A DNA stretch of 47,174 bases, from positions 1-47,174 of the forward strand of contig JAERSJ010000108.1 of NCBI GenBank assembly GCA_016845825.1, read 5' to 3'. Position 1 is the stretch's first letter. Each line of letters opens with the position of its first letter. The notes under the pieces are model-generated. The model did not search any database. It had not been told where the DNA came from and saw only the letters and a list, made by a program, of their open reading frames with translations. The stretch is from Methanobacteriota archaeon. GTDB lineage: Archaea > Thermoplasmatota > Poseidoniia > MGIII > CG-Epi1. A program made the translations under genes and the position numbers. Positions 9,656 to 22,766 of this stretch are shown piece by piece.

Positions 9656-10485
9656 GTATTCAGGGAATTCTTATCAATACAATAATAAGGATTTTCTCTA
9701 ATTCTAGCCATATAGAAATCTACAGATTCTTTAACGGATATCATCCTACTGGGATAATATCCAAACTGTTTTTGAACTAACAACCCGCTTGATTCGACTT
9801 CTTCCCCATAAGATGAATAGTCCTCCTCCACGGGAAATTTAAAACATCTATTTTCCGAATTTCCACCATTCTCAAGATACTCAGCTTCAGAAAAACATCT
9901 GACTAATTGCGTAACTCGTCTATCCGAACCATCAGGGCTACAAAATGTCTTAACGTAACGATGAGGCACTCCAACCTTTTGCTGCGCATAATGTATGAAT
10001 GTTGATCTATATTTGACATCATTAAATGCCCCTCCTAGTAGGAGAATCCAAGCTCTGTTTTTTTGTCCGTACTCCACCACTTTACTAAAAATTGATTTAT
10101 CTCCAAAGCAATCATCGCCCACATTAAGAAAGTGATCTGCTAGTGGCTGGTTATAATCATTGACTCTGATTGAAACAGAAAAATTGGGGTTGCTAGATCT
10201 TTTATAGTTAGACTTACCCAAAACATAGTTCGAAAAATTACCCATCTCTGGACATTCTGTATCTTTATTAAATTTTTGACCTTGACTCCAGCTATAACTA
10301 AAGGTGGGAATAATGAGGGTTCCTTTTGGAAGAGCTTCTTCAATAGCTCCTTCAATTGTAGCTAATCCATTTTCAAGCCTCCCCAAACCGAATAAACCAG
10401 TGAACATAAACACAAGATCATCAGGCCGGATGCCCAAATCTTTAATGAAGTGAGCTGCAAGATTTGATTGGGTAGTCGTGAACAT
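9652..10485 (-). CDS. AAC(3)-family (Antibiotic_NAT) N-acyltransferase
   Basis: GTLIIPTFSYS, MGNFSNY, RSSNPNFS, ILLLG, STFIHYAQ..VGVPHRYVK. Confidence 0.85.
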   Translation of the reverse strand: MFTTTQSNLAAHFIKDLGIRPDDLVFMFTGLFGLGRLENGLATIEGAIEEALPKGTLIIPTFSYSWSQGQKFNKDTECPEMGNFSNYVLGKSNYKRSSNPNFSVSIRVNDYNQPLADHFLNVGDDCFGDKSIFSKVVEYGQKNRAWILLLGGAFNDVKYRSTFIHYAQQKVGVPHRYVKTFCSPDGSDRRVTQLVRCFSEAEYLENGGNSENRCFKFPVEEDYSSYGEEVESSGLLVQKQFGYYPSRMISVKESVDFYMARIRENPYYCIDKNSLNT

Positions 10486-10486
10486 A

Positions 10487-10885
10487 TTAAGTTAGGATGT
10501 TAAACTCAACAATACCAATACCGACGATTTTATAGAAACTTACAATATTGCACTGCTCGGTTGGTGAGGGTTCAGGTAAGGTCAAGCGAATTCCAAGTCG
10601 GTTCTTCAAAATGAAGTTATGCAGCTTTTGTAGTAATTCTTTAGACTCAATATCGTAACAGACATGATTAAAACCAAGTTTATGTGCTGCAGCTCTTCCC
10701 TCATTTGTGATGTATTCCCTATGTACTTGCATAAGCTCATCCCACACAAAGCATACTGAAACGCCCTGGATAGTATCTTCTATAAAACAATTACCAGATT
10801 CTTTCTCGATCATTCGCTTCATCTTCGGATTAATTATGATGCCAATATGATTAATTTTTAATTCACTCAATAAATTGTCAATCAC
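10487..10885 (-). CDS. VOC/glyoxalase-fold protein (methylmalonyl-CoA epimerase-like)
   Basis: HIGII, DTIQGVSVCF, GFNHVCYDI, IVEF metal-ligand pattern. Confidence 0.75.
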   Translation of the reverse strand: MIDNLLSELKINHIGIIINPKMKRMIEKESGNCFIEDTIQGVSVCFVWDELMQVHREYITNEGRAAAHKLGFNHVCYDIESKELLQKLHNFILKNRLGIRLTLPEPSPTEQCNIVSFYKIVGIGIVEFNILT

Positions 10886-11696
10886 AACACTCTCCTTTTT
10901 TTGTGACCCCTAACTCTTCGAGTTGATTAAACAAACTCACATCCATAGTCGCAATCACAGCCTTATCATCAAGAGATGCCTCTTCTCCGTTATAAAAATT
11001 AATCAACGAACCAAAGTTTTTAATAAAAGCGAACGCAGGTGCCACATCATAGATTTCAGTGCTATGCCAAATACGACAACTTAACTTTCCGAGCACAATC
11101 ATGGCAATATCAAATACGGCTGATCCAGATATTCTAGCAGTGAAAGCATTGTCCACAATTAAATCAAAGTTCTTTTTAGAATTTTTGGGATCCTTATAAA
11201 ACTGATTATCAAATGCTATCATTTGCTGAGATATTGGTAATTCTGTCTCTGAAACATCGACTACTTGACCTGAGTCGTCTTTATCAAGGGAATAAAGCGT
11301 GATTTCTCCATCATAAAATGAAATTAAGATACTCAACATCGGTAGGCCAATATAGCTTTCGATTGCTACTTTTGACTCTGAAAAAACGGTGTAAGACAAT
11401 CCCCACATTGGGATTCCGTATAGATAATTATGGGTCCCATCAAGGGGGTCAATTACAACCATACTCTCTTTATGGTCACTAATATTCTGATAATTATCCA
11501 ACTCCTCTGAAATGACTACGCAATTAGGATGATATTTGCTTGCGATCTCTACTAATCGACTTTGAGAGAAAACATCAGTTTCTAATACATATTCTCTTAC
11601 GCCAACAACAAGTTTTTCGTTATCGATTATGGGCGCCTCTGTTCTATACTGCTTCTTTAAATCATTAAGTAAAATTTTTAAATCATCTACAATCAT
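10878..11696 (-). CDS. Inositol monophosphatase-family phosphatase
   Basis: ISEE, VIDPLDGTHNYLYGIP, RISGSA, YDVAPA. Confidence 0.9.
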   Translation of the reverse strand: MIVDDLKILLNDLKKQYRTEAPIIDNEKLVVGVREYVLETDVFSQSRLVEIASKYHPNCVVISEELDNYQNISDHKESMVVIDPLDGTHNYLYGIPMWGLSYTVFSESKVAIESYIGLPMLSILISFYDGEITLYSLDKDDSGQVVDVSETELPISQQMIAFDNQFYKDPKNSKKNFDLIVDNAFTARISGSAVFDIAMIVLGKLSCRIWHSTEIYDVAPAFAFIKNFGSLINFYNGEEASLDDKAVIATMDVSLFNQLEELGVTKKGECCD

Positions 11697-13140
11697 GGTT
11701 ATCCAGTATCCGTCTTACTTCTTTTCTTTTGAGTTTTCCGCTATGAGTTTTGGGAAGAGTCTCTAGAAAAATTATGTCTACAGGGTGTTTATAAGATGAT
11801 AGTTTCTGCGATAATAATCCATATAGTTCTGACTTAATACTTTCTTGATCTGAGAGTTCATCTTTTAAGGTTACAGCTGAAATAATGTCCTCCCCATGAA
11901 TGTCATGAGATATTCCAACAACAACTGCTTCCTGAACTGATGGGTGCGTATAGAGGATTTCTTCTAGTTCGGCGGGTACTATGTTTATCCCGCCTTTTAT
12001 TATTAAATCTTTAGCACGATCTTTATATACATACTTATTATTCTCATAGCTAACAATATCCCCTGTACTGAACCAACCATCCTTCACAACCTCTTGATAG
12101 AGCTTGTGATTTTTATAATATCCCAAGAATACATTTCTTCCCTTTATTTGCAATTCAGAGTTTTCTGAAATCTTACACTGATTTACATCAAGAGCGAGCC
12201 CAATTGTACCTGGCTTCCATTGCGCACTCCTAGGATCATCAATATGAGTAGGACCAGTTTCAGATAAGCCGTATAAGTTACCAATTTTTATACCATATTG
12301 CTTCTCAAACTGCATTTGAGATTCCAAAGGCAGAATAGATGATCCGCATCCAAGAAACATCAAAGAGCTAAAATCTAAACTCTGTGTTTGATATCTTATC
12401 TTTAGAAGCATGTAGACAATAGTAGGGACGATCTGAGCGTAATTGATTTTTTCATCCGATAAAATTCTAAAAAATCTAGATGCTATATTGGAGAAACTAT
12501 CTGCTAAAACCAGATTGGAACGATTAAACAAGCAAGGGAAAATATTATAATTAATGGACGCTGTATGTCCAAATGGCAAAATTGCTAAGTGCTTCGTATC
12601 TTCGTTAAAGCCAAAACCTCTGTTAATTGATTCTATTAAATAAAAGATATTATCGTGTGAATATAAAACACCTTTTGGACTACCTGTAGTACCTGAAGAG
12701 TAATACAGCGCTGCGACGTCGCTGCCACCCGCGCTACTCTCGGTGAGAGTAACTATCTCTTTAGATACATCTGTATAATTTTGGGGATTCAATACATGTA
12801 ACCTTGGAGTAAACTTTTGAACTACATCTCGAGTAGTGATAACCATCTTTGGCTCAATGTATTCAAAGATTCTCTCTAATTCTTCGTCAGAGGTAAAAAA
12901 AGGAATTGGGTTAAATATGTTACCTGTTAACAAACAAGCAATTAACACTTCTATGTATTCGATCGAATTAGGAAGCACGACTGATATCACTTCTTTATGA
13001 TACTTCCCAAATACATTAGAGAATCTTAGAGATGACTGATAAATATCAGAATAGCTTTTAAAGCTATCTCCGCTTATATCTTTAACTCCCGATCCATGAG
13101 CATCATGAAGTTCCCTAATTTTATTTTGAAGTTGTGACAA
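11683..13140 (-). CDS. Adenylate-forming acyl-CoA/acyl-ACP ligase
   Basis: YSSGTTGSPKGV, YGLSETG, GWFSTGD, DRAKDLIIKGGINI, LPKTHSGK. Confidence 0.92.
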   Translation of the reverse strand: MSQLQNKIRELHDAHGSGVKDISGDSFKSYSDIYQSSLRFSNVFGKYHKEVISVVLPNSIEYIEVLIACLLTGNIFNPIPFFTSDEELERIFEYIEPKMVITTRDVVQKFTPRLHVLNPQNYTDVSKEIVTLTESSAGGSDVAALYYSSGTTGSPKGVLYSHDNIFYLIESINRGFGFNEDTKHLAILPFGHTASINYNIFPCLFNRSNLVLADSFSNIASRFFRILSDEKINYAQIVPTIVYMLLKIRYQTQSLDFSSLMFLGCGSSILPLESQMQFEKQYGIKIGNLYGLSETGPTHIDDPRSAQWKPGTIGLALDVNQCKISENSELQIKGRNVFLGYYKNHKLYQEVVKDGWFSTGDIVSYENNKYVYKDRAKDLIIKGGINIVPAELEEILYTHPSVQEAVVVGISHDIHGEDIISAVTLKDELSDQESIKSELYGLLSQKLSSYKHPVDIIFLETLPKTHSGKLKRKEVRRILDNHDCR

Positions 13141-13186
13141 TTTACTTATTACTCTAGCTAATTAATGAAAAATGATCATTTTTCTC

Positions 13187-14479
13187 TTAAAAAGACTCAA
13201 TCGGCGTAATCAAATCCTCTGATATTAGTGATTGAATAATAGGAATTAAATCGAGTGCATATATTCCCACTTCTTCAGCCAAATCAACTATATCCATACT
13301 TCCATCACAACATGTCATTATATTTAAAATCAATTGCGCAGAATCACTATCAGCATTTTGCTTACCTCCAATAATCATATAGTTTTTACCTCTTTTAGAC
13401 AGAAAAGGTTCGCCCAAAACATTAGTATGATATTTGAAATTGTTTTCTAAAATTTCTATGCATGCCTTATGAACATTAAATGAGTGTTCCAAGCCGAAGG
13501 GGGTTATAAATTCCATATTATCAAGCGAAGTATGATACTCAGGAAACTCACCATATTTTGACTTCATGATAGAAACCATAGGCAAATCAACGCCTGGCGA
13601 GCAATACTGTCGCTCGTCACTCCCCCTATCATTCATAAAACTATATTCTTTATATGACTCTATTTGATTTGCCATAACATGTCTCGCTACCTTGTCAGAG
13701 ATAGTATTACCTTTTCTTGATGGCATAAAAGAAAATGCGCGATCATCACCCACGCAAGTCAGATTAAACGCTGCATGAATATTTTGTAATTTATCAAAAT
13801 TCTTCGAGATATATGCAACACTACCAATTGTTTCCGGAGTGAAACAAAATCTATATGTATAACGATTAGACCGGCCTGATAACCACTTAGCTAAATATGT
13901 TGCAACCGCAGGTCCAGATAATTCATTGTTTGCCATTTGAGGATGGCAAATATATGTGGAAAAGAAGATTTCTTTCTGCTCTTTGCCTTCAATCACTAAG
14001 TCAGCATAGGTTAAGCTTCCTACACTCTTTTGAGAATCGATATAAACATGGTAGCTCTCCTGCTTTAATTGATCCCGCTGGTTTTGAGATAAGCAGAATC
14101 CCCAAGTATCATCATAATAGGACGTTACATAGGGAATAGCATTTGGCTGATCGGGTAACGAATAAAGGTGTTTGTTCAGCTCTTTGAGGGAAACATGTTT
14201 ATCCACGGAATCACTGTACCCCAAAACATGTAAATTAGTATCTGCGAGGGTAATTACTTTCTCACCTTTTGAATTTTTAATGTAAGCATCAACAATATTC
14301 CATTCCTTAGGTACCACCCAGTCTTCTATTACGGTACCTGTTGGGATTTCATACATCTGCAAAGCAAGAAGGTGGTCGTTTTTTATCCTTTCGAGACTTA
14401 ATCTTACTCCATCCCCAGTTATACTCCGAGGAATAGTAATTAGACTCTCTATGAAACTATACATCAACTGCCCGATCAT
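13187..14479 (-). CDS. DUF4910 aminopeptidase-like polysaccharide biosynthesis protein
   Basis: PRSITGDGVR, WVVPKEWNI, AIPYVTSYY, CHPQMANNELSGP, PETIG, RGSDERQYCSPG, YHTSLDN, C-terminal HTH-like segment. Confidence 0.9.
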   Translation of the reverse strand: MIGQLMYSFIESLITIPRSITGDGVRLSLERIKNDHLLALQMYEIPTGTVIEDWVVPKEWNIVDAYIKNSKGEKVITLADTNLHVLGYSDSVDKHVSLKELNKHLYSLPDQPNAIPYVTSYYDDTWGFCLSQNQRDQLKQESYHVYIDSQKSVGSLTYADLVIEGKEQKEIFFSTYICHPQMANNELSGPAVATYLAKWLSGRSNRYTYRFCFTPETIGSVAYISKNFDKLQNIHAAFNLTCVGDDRAFSFMPSRKGNTISDKVARHVMANQIESYKEYSFMNDRGSDERQYCSPGVDLPMVSIMKSKYGEFPEYHTSLDNMEFITPFGLEHSFNVHKACIEILENNFKYHTNVLGEPFLSKRGKNYMIIGGKQNADSDSAQLILNIMTCCDGSMDIVDLAEEVGIYALDLIPIIQSLISEDLITPIESF

Positions 14480-14483
14480 ATTA

Positions 14484-15143
14484 CTAAACTTTTTTTTGAA
14501 GACATAATTTAAAAAATATATACATTACTCTGCTAATTTTTATAAACGACGCCAAAGCACCCCCAAATCGGGATTCTCCATCTCTCTTTTGAACATTAAC
14601 ACGCGTTTCCTTAATGCTAATATTGTCTCTGATGGCCAATGCAAGTAGCTCGGTTCCAATCATTTTTTGTTTGTCAAAAAAACCATACCTTTTATAAAAG
14701 TCAGAAGAATACCCTTTCATTCCGCACAATGGATCATGAATACCAAAGGCTAGAGAGGAAAGTAAGCCAAATATATATTCAATAAATCTATTCTTGGTAT
14801 TTCTTCTGCCTACAACCATAGAGAAGTTTTCTCTGAGTAATGATAACACCTTCTTGATACCCCCAGATTTTAACTCGCCATCAGCATCAGTAGTAATGAT
14901 AAATCGATATCCCTCTCTTACTGCATGCCCGATACCAGTAGACAGAGCACTTTCGTAGCCCATTTTACTTCCATGGGTGAGTATAGTCGCGGAGGTTCCG
15001 GCTGCAAGGGCAACCGTTGAATCAAAAGATCCATCATCTACAATAATCACGTCACCATACTGTTGAACGTCATTGATAACTGTAACGATCGATACTTCTT
15101 CATTGAATGCTGGGATAATTATTGCTAGGTCAGATCTTCCCAA
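14484..15143 (-). CDS. Glycosyltransferase family 2 (DPM-synthase-like)
   Basis: IIIPAFNEE, VDDGSFD, TDADG, DPLCGMK, RDGESRF. Confidence 0.9.
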   Translation of the reverse strand: MGRSDLAIIIPAFNEEVSIVTVINDVQQYGDVIIVDDGSFDSTVALAAGTSATILTHGSKMGYESALSTGIGHAVREGYRFIITTDADGELKSGGIKKVLSLLRENFSMVVGRRNTKNRFIEYIFGLLSSLAFGIHDPLCGMKGYSSDFYKRYGFFDKQKMIGTELLALAIRDNISIKETRVNVQKRDGESRFGGALASFIKISRVMYIFFKLCLQKKV

Positions 15144-16189
15144 CTTATAGCATCCCCTTTTTTTATGTCATTTTTTAATGTTTGGCCGAGGAGACTTTCC
15201 ATTTCATAGGGTGCGAATGCACCCTCTGGACAAGGCCTCAAAGAGATAAGATCTCCATGGCTAATTGTATCACCAGCAATAAGATCTGTTTTGACTCTCA
15301 ACGCTCTTCGTTGAAGAACCACAGTTTGTTTTTCATTTTCTTCTACTACCTTTATCCCATTTCCCAATGAAAACTCTAACTCTCGAGTGCGATCAACCAT
15401 TTCTCTCCATGATTTCGGGTCCATTGAGAATTTGTGGTCTGGTCCTTCTCTATTATTACTATCCGTGAAATGCTTCTCGACTGCCCTAGCCCCCAAAGCC
15501 ACAGACCCTAAAACGGTTGCACATCCTGGAGTGTGGTCACTAAGGCCTAATATAACATCAGGATACCTCTCTCTGAATGTTTTTAAGACATTAAGATTAA
15601 TATACTTAAAATTCTCTAGTAACCCAGTATAGTTTGTATTGCACTGCATCAGTACAACAGGATTTTTACTCTTTGAAAGAACGGCCATAGCGCGATCGAC
15701 GTCCGACAATGAAGAAGCTCCAGTAGCTAGGAAAACAGGCTTACCTTTCGCTGCTATGTGCTCAATGATATCCAACCAACTTATATCCCCAGAGCCTATC
15801 TTGTATGCCGTAACAAATTCATCCACATAATCAACTAAATCTTTGGAGTATGGACTAGTCATAAAAACTATACCCGCTTGATCACAAGTGTTTTTTAACT
15901 CCATTGTCCAGTCTTGATTTAAGCTTGCTTCTTGGTAAACCTCATAAACGCTTTTTTTCCAAGATGCCTGATGAGATTGTTGACTCACTAAATTTTTGAA
16001 CCCGAAGTCACTGACAATAGTGTCTGCTGTGAAATGCTGAAATTTGGCACAATCTGCACCGGCTTCAGCAGCTTGCCAGATCAAATCTTTTGCTCTACTA
16101 AGATCTCCATCATGGTTTGCCGCAACATCAGCAATAAAGAACACTGGGTTTTGTTCACCAATTTTATAATCATTTATTTTTATATTCAT
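15125..16189 (-). CDS. neuB: Nonulosonic acid synthase (NeuB/PseI family) with C-terminal SAF domain
   Basis: FIADVAANHDGD, AGADCAKFQ, YKIGSGD, GLSDHT, EKHFT, GPDHKFS. Confidence 0.92.
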   Translation of the reverse strand: MNIKINDYKIGEQNPVFFIADVAANHDGDLSRAKDLIWQAAEAGADCAKFQHFTADTIVSDFGFKNLVSQQSHQASWKKSVYEVYQEASLNQDWTMELKNTCDQAGIVFMTSPYSKDLVDYVDEFVTAYKIGSGDISWLDIIEHIAAKGKPVFLATGASSLSDVDRAMAVLSKSKNPVVLMQCNTNYTGLLENFKYINLNVLKTFRERYPDVILGLSDHTPGCATVLGSVALGARAVEKHFTDSNNREGPDHKFSMDPKSWREMVDRTRELEFSLGNGIKVVEENEKQTVVLQRRALRVKTDLIAGDTISHGDLISLRPCPEGAFAPYEMESLLGQTLKNDIKKGDAISWEDLT

Positions 16190-16191
16190 AA

Positions 16192-17058
16192 TTAATCCTT
16201 TATACCTTCTAAGTGAGCCTTGATCTCTGATTCTAAAGTCGGGAGAGAGACATTAAAAGATTCCTCAAATTTCGAAACATCCATTAACATCCCTTTTGGC
16301 CTAACGGCAGAAAAACCTAAATCTTCAACCGATATCTCAGTTGAACACAACTGACTTCCTCCAATCAACTTGGCTAGCATATTAGCAAATTCAGCTTTAC
16401 TCATACCATCTCTACTCCCTAGATTATAGACTCCCGGGTTAAATTTATTAATTACATGGGCAATCATTTTAACTAACGTGCCAGTAGACAATGGAGAGAA
16501 ATAGACATCACGAAATAGATTGACTGGAGTTTTGCTTTTAATCTGTAGTTCTAGCCAATCAGAAAAACTCTGTCGATGGCCAATCTGAGCTTTTCCAAAA
16601 AAATTAGTTCTTAAAACTGCACCCTCGACACCGAGTGCAACTCTCTCGGCACAATACTTTGTCGCAGCATATACATTTCTAAAGACGACTCTATTTTCTG
16701 AATTATTACCCGGAGCATCGTATACATGATCCGTAGAGACTTGTATTAATTTGGTATTAGCTTCGCGAAGCTGGATCCAAGCCGCTATATTTTCAACCGG
16801 CCTAACATTTAATCTATAAGCTAAATCTTGTTCTTTCTCATTCCTTTCAACGTCAGACAGACAAACTAGATTGACAATAAAATCCGGCTTAACGATATCA
16901 AGTAACTTAATAACAGCTGCTGAATCTGTTAGATCAACCTTAACATCCGCAGAATTTTTAAATCCATGAACGACAACTTGGCAATCAAGTGTCTTTAAAT
17001 ATTTAGAAAGGATAGAGCCCAACATTCCTGTTCCGCCTGCAACAAATATGGTTATCAC
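16192..17058 (-). CDS. RmlD-like NAD(P)-dependent sugar-nucleotide reductase (SDR)
   Basis: GGTGMLG, STDHVY, YAATK, LRTNFFG, DVYFSP, RPK. Confidence 0.88.
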   Translation of the reverse strand: MITIFVAGGTGMLGSILSKYLKTLDCQVVVHGFKNSADVKVDLTDSAAVIKLLDIVKPDFIVNLVCLSDVERNEKEQDLAYRLNVRPVENIAAWIQLREANTKLIQVSTDHVYDAPGNNSENRVVFRNVYAATKYCAERVALGVEGAVLRTNFFGKAQIGHRQSFSDWLELQIKSKTPVNLFRDVYFSPLSTGTLVKMIAHVINKFNPGVYNLGSRDGMSKAEFANMLAKLIGGSQLCSTEISVEDLGFSAVRPKGMLMDVSKFEESFNVSLPTLESEIKAHLEGIKD

Positions 17059-17061
17059 TAG

Positions 17062-17820
17062 CTATACCTCTTCGTCATATTTTTGAGACTCTATAAGACC
17101 AGCATTTCTGAAAAATTTAGAGTTCAATGACTTTAGTAAGGGATCTTTATCGAGTAGTGCATATACATCATCAGTTGTGAAACTGGGGTTCTTTAAATAC
17201 AGGGCATTATAAATTTGCTCAATAAGTCGAAAATCCTCTTCATAATCAACGGTCCAGCGTAACTTAGAATCATCCCTTTTTTGCCGAAAATGGTATACAT
17301 TAAAGTCACTATTCTCAGCAAATATATAAGGCGTTACATGCTCTCTTTGTGATTGTAACCTAGCTCCGCTCCATGCTTTCTTTAAAGCTTTAAATGATAA
17401 AATCGTTGCATCCAAACCCTCTGGGTAAGTCGGCTGAAAGCTATTTGATAAAGCATCACAGCCTTCAATCAGCATCTTGTTAATCATTCTGTCGACTAAT
17501 TCAGGATCACTTAATGGGTCATCACCTGTTAACCTTACAATATACTCAGCATCATATTTACGAGCTGCTTGATAATAACGATCCAAAACATCATTCTCAC
17601 TTCCTCTAAAACATGGAACCTCAATTAAAGAGCAAAGATTTTCGACTGCATTGTCCAGGGGACTTTCTGTAGTCGCAACAACTAATTGATCCATCAGCTT
17701 TGATCGCTTCAAGCGCTCAATTTGAAGCTGCAATAGCGGTCTTCCAAGAATTTCCATCAAAACTTTGCCTGGCAGTCGAGTTGAGCCCATTCTTGCTTGA
17801 AGAATTCCAACAATCACCAA
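17062..17820 (-). CDS. SpsF-type cytidylyltransferase
   Basis: QARMGSTRLPGKVL, RGSENDVLDRY, VRLTGDDP, REHVTPYI, RWTVDYEEDF. Confidence 0.88.
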   Translation of the reverse strand: MVIVGILQARMGSTRLPGKVLMEILGRPLLQLQIERLKRSKLMDQLVVATTESPLDNAVENLCSLIEVPCFRGSENDVLDRYYQAARKYDAEYIVRLTGDDPLSDPELVDRMINKMLIEGCDALSNSFQPTYPEGLDATILSFKALKKAWSGARLQSQREHVTPYIFAENSDFNVYHFRQKRDDSKLRWTVDYEEDFRLIEQIYNALYLKNPSFTTDDVYALLDKDPLLKSLNSKFFRNAGLIESQKYDEEV

Positions 17821-18699
17821 TTAAATCCGCCACATTGATGGGTTAATCATATTACAATCACAAACAGCAAAATTTTCGTAATCAATCGAGATGGATGGAG
17901 CCCGCAGAGAATCGAGGGTATCAGCTAACTGGCGCCGATCTTGGACTCCAAAAATAACAGCATCTACCTCTTCCACCTGTTTAACGTAGTTTAAAGCTCC
18001 CTCAACCTGGCTCAATCCAGCATTTTTGAGAAACTCTGTATATTTGGCAATAAGAGGCTTTATTGGATCGAAATAAGAGTTTATATCGATATCCTGCATG
18101 AGTAAAAGACCTTGCAGGAAAACTGACCGAGCATGAAGCTCAACACCTTGCTTTTTTAAAATTTTCAGTAGACCTGATTTGTCAAATGTCTGATCAAAGA
18201 CATTAAGAGGGAACTGCAGCACACCTATTGGGTATTTAGCACAAACTTGCTCAGCTTCTTCGACGGTATAAACAGAGACACCAATCTTCTTGGCTAAACC
18301 AGAATCTTTAATTCCCTGCAAAGCTCTATATATTTCCTCACCGTCTTGACCTGCAATATCCTTCAAATTATGAATTAAAAGCACATCAACTGCACTACGT
18401 TTCATTTTTTTTAAGGACTTTTTAAGCTCACTATTAATTAATCTGATATTTCCCTTAACGCAATTTTCTGGTTTTGTATGTGTAATCTTAGTAATAAGTC
18501 CAAATGCCTTTGTTAATTCGCACATTTCTCCAATTCTAATTTCTGAATCCCCATAAACATTGGCTGTATCAAGATACTGAACTCCATATTTCCTAGCATA
18601 GTCCAAAATTCTGGAAAGTTCGTCATCGCTAATCTCCCCACCGCTGTTGGATACCCCATAATCTAACCCAAACTGAGCAGTTCCTAAGATATATTTCAT
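17821..18699 (-). CDS. Aldo/keto reductase
   Basis: LGTAQFGLDYG, LDTANVYGDSE, KIGVSVY, HARSVFLQGLL, INPSMW. Confidence 0.92.
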   Translation of the reverse strand: MKYILGTAQFGLDYGVSNSGGEISDDELSRILDYARKYGVQYLDTANVYGDSEIRIGEMCELTKAFGLITKITHTKPENCVKGNIRLINSELKKSLKKMKRSAVDVLLIHNLKDIAGQDGEEIYRALQGIKDSGLAKKIGVSVYTVEEAEQVCAKYPIGVLQFPLNVFDQTFDKSGLLKILKKQGVELHARSVFLQGLLLMQDIDINSYFDPIKPLIAKYTEFLKNAGLSQVEGALNYVKQVEEVDAVIFGVQDRRQLADTLDSLRAPSISIDYENFAVCDCNMINPSMWRI

Positions 18700-18704
18700 A
18701 TTTG

Positions 18705-19862
18705 TCAGCTAAAGAAATTAATAGTTTGTTTTAAAATTTTTGCCTGTTTTTCAGCATCACTCCAGATCCAGTAATTGGTTTTGAACTGTAAGAGCGTTTT
18801 TTGGAGCTCCTCTGCGACCGGACAATTTGGATTCTCATCTTTGTCATCAAGATTTTTATAAAAAGGCTCTTGGTAAGTTAACTTCCATGGCGCATAGATA
18901 CCATCTCCGCCAAAATCTTGATATTTATTTCTAAAAGTTAGCCAATCAATGTCTTCATGCGTGAGCTTCACCACGAACGTCCAATAGCTATTTACACAAT
19001 GTTCAGGCGTAAACTGAGATTCTAACCATTTGGTATCTTTCACTACCTCTAAAAATAAGTTAGCAACATCAATTCTGCGTGATACTAATTCATCGACTCG
19101 CTCAATCTGCCCTAATGCTACAGCTGCACAAAGTTCTGGCATACGATAGTTAAAGCCTGGGGAGACATGCCGAAAGTAGTGGGGCGATTGAATATCATTT
19201 TTTGTAATTTTTCCTTTACCTGATGAAACTCCAGAATAACCTAAACTACTTATTCGTCGAACGGCCAGAGCAAGCTGCTCATCATCAGTTATGACTATGC
19301 CTCCTTCTCCAGCTGTTAAATGTTTAGAACTTTGAAAGCTGAAACTAGCTGCGTGCCCAAGAGTACCCGCAAGTTTATCTTTATAATAACTCAACATAGT
19401 TTCAGCATTATCTTCTAGTACGAATAATCCAAATTCATCAGCCAAATCCATTATGTCAGTCATTTCCGGACTTAAACCGTAAAGCGCAACCGTAATAATT
19501 GCTTTTGTTTTAGGTGTAATCTTATCTTTTATGCTTTTGGGATCTATTTGGAATGATTTAGCATCCACATCTGCATAAACTGGAGTAGCTCCAACTTGAA
19601 GCACTGCAAAAGTTGTACTGGCCATTGTTAGTGGTGGAACTATGACTTCATCACCTTTTCTAATGCCTGCTGCAAGTAAAATTGTATGCATGGTTGCAGT
19701 TCCATTTACAAAGGTCACTGCATACTTTGTACCATAGCGAGCTGCAAAAGCTTTTTCTAGCCGGGTATTCATCTTACTTCCAGATGAAGTCGCAAACTGA
19801 CCATCAAGAACCTCATTTACGTAAGCTCTTTCTTTCTCCGAAATTCTATTAATATTCTTCAT
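18705..19862 (-). CDS. DegT/DnrJ-family sugar aminotransferase (PseC position)
   Basis: NGTATMH, GDEVIVP, LEDNAE, SFSFQSSKHLTAGEGG (PLP Lys), GFNYRM. Confidence 0.92.
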   Translation of the reverse strand: MKNINRISEKERAYVNEVLDGQFATSSGSKMNTRLEKAFAARYGTKYAVTFVNGTATMHTILLAAGIRKGDEVIVPPLTMASTTFAVLQVGATPVYADVDAKSFQIDPKSIKDKITPKTKAIITVALYGLSPEMTDIMDLADEFGLFVLEDNAETMLSYYKDKLAGTLGHAASFSFQSSKHLTAGEGGIVITDDEQLALAVRRISSLGYSGVSSGKGKITKNDIQSPHYFRHVSPGFNYRMPELCAAVALGQIERVDELVSRRIDVANLFLEVVKDTKWLESQFTPEHCVNSYWTFVVKLTHEDIDWLTFRNKYQDFGGDGIYAPWKLTYQEPFYKNLDDKDENPNCPVAEELQKTLLQFKTNYWIWSDAEKQAKILKQTINFFS

Positions 19863-19937
19863 TTAATTCCTATTGATGATAAGGGTTGACACAAGGATGG
19901 TGAGAAAGATTTCAATGTAATCTTTAACTGAAATCAG

Positions 19938-22690
<2,753 letters not shown>

Positions 22691-22766
22691 AGAAAGTGCT
22701 TACTTTGTACTTCACTTAAATAAAAAATTAAAAATACCCATCAAAAACAGTCTTAAACTTTACTCA

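Noticed and set aside
9652..10485. Aminoglycoside resistance gene aac(3)
   Set aside because: Embedded in a glycan operon with no mobile context and altered motifs; a biosynthetic role is more parsimonious.
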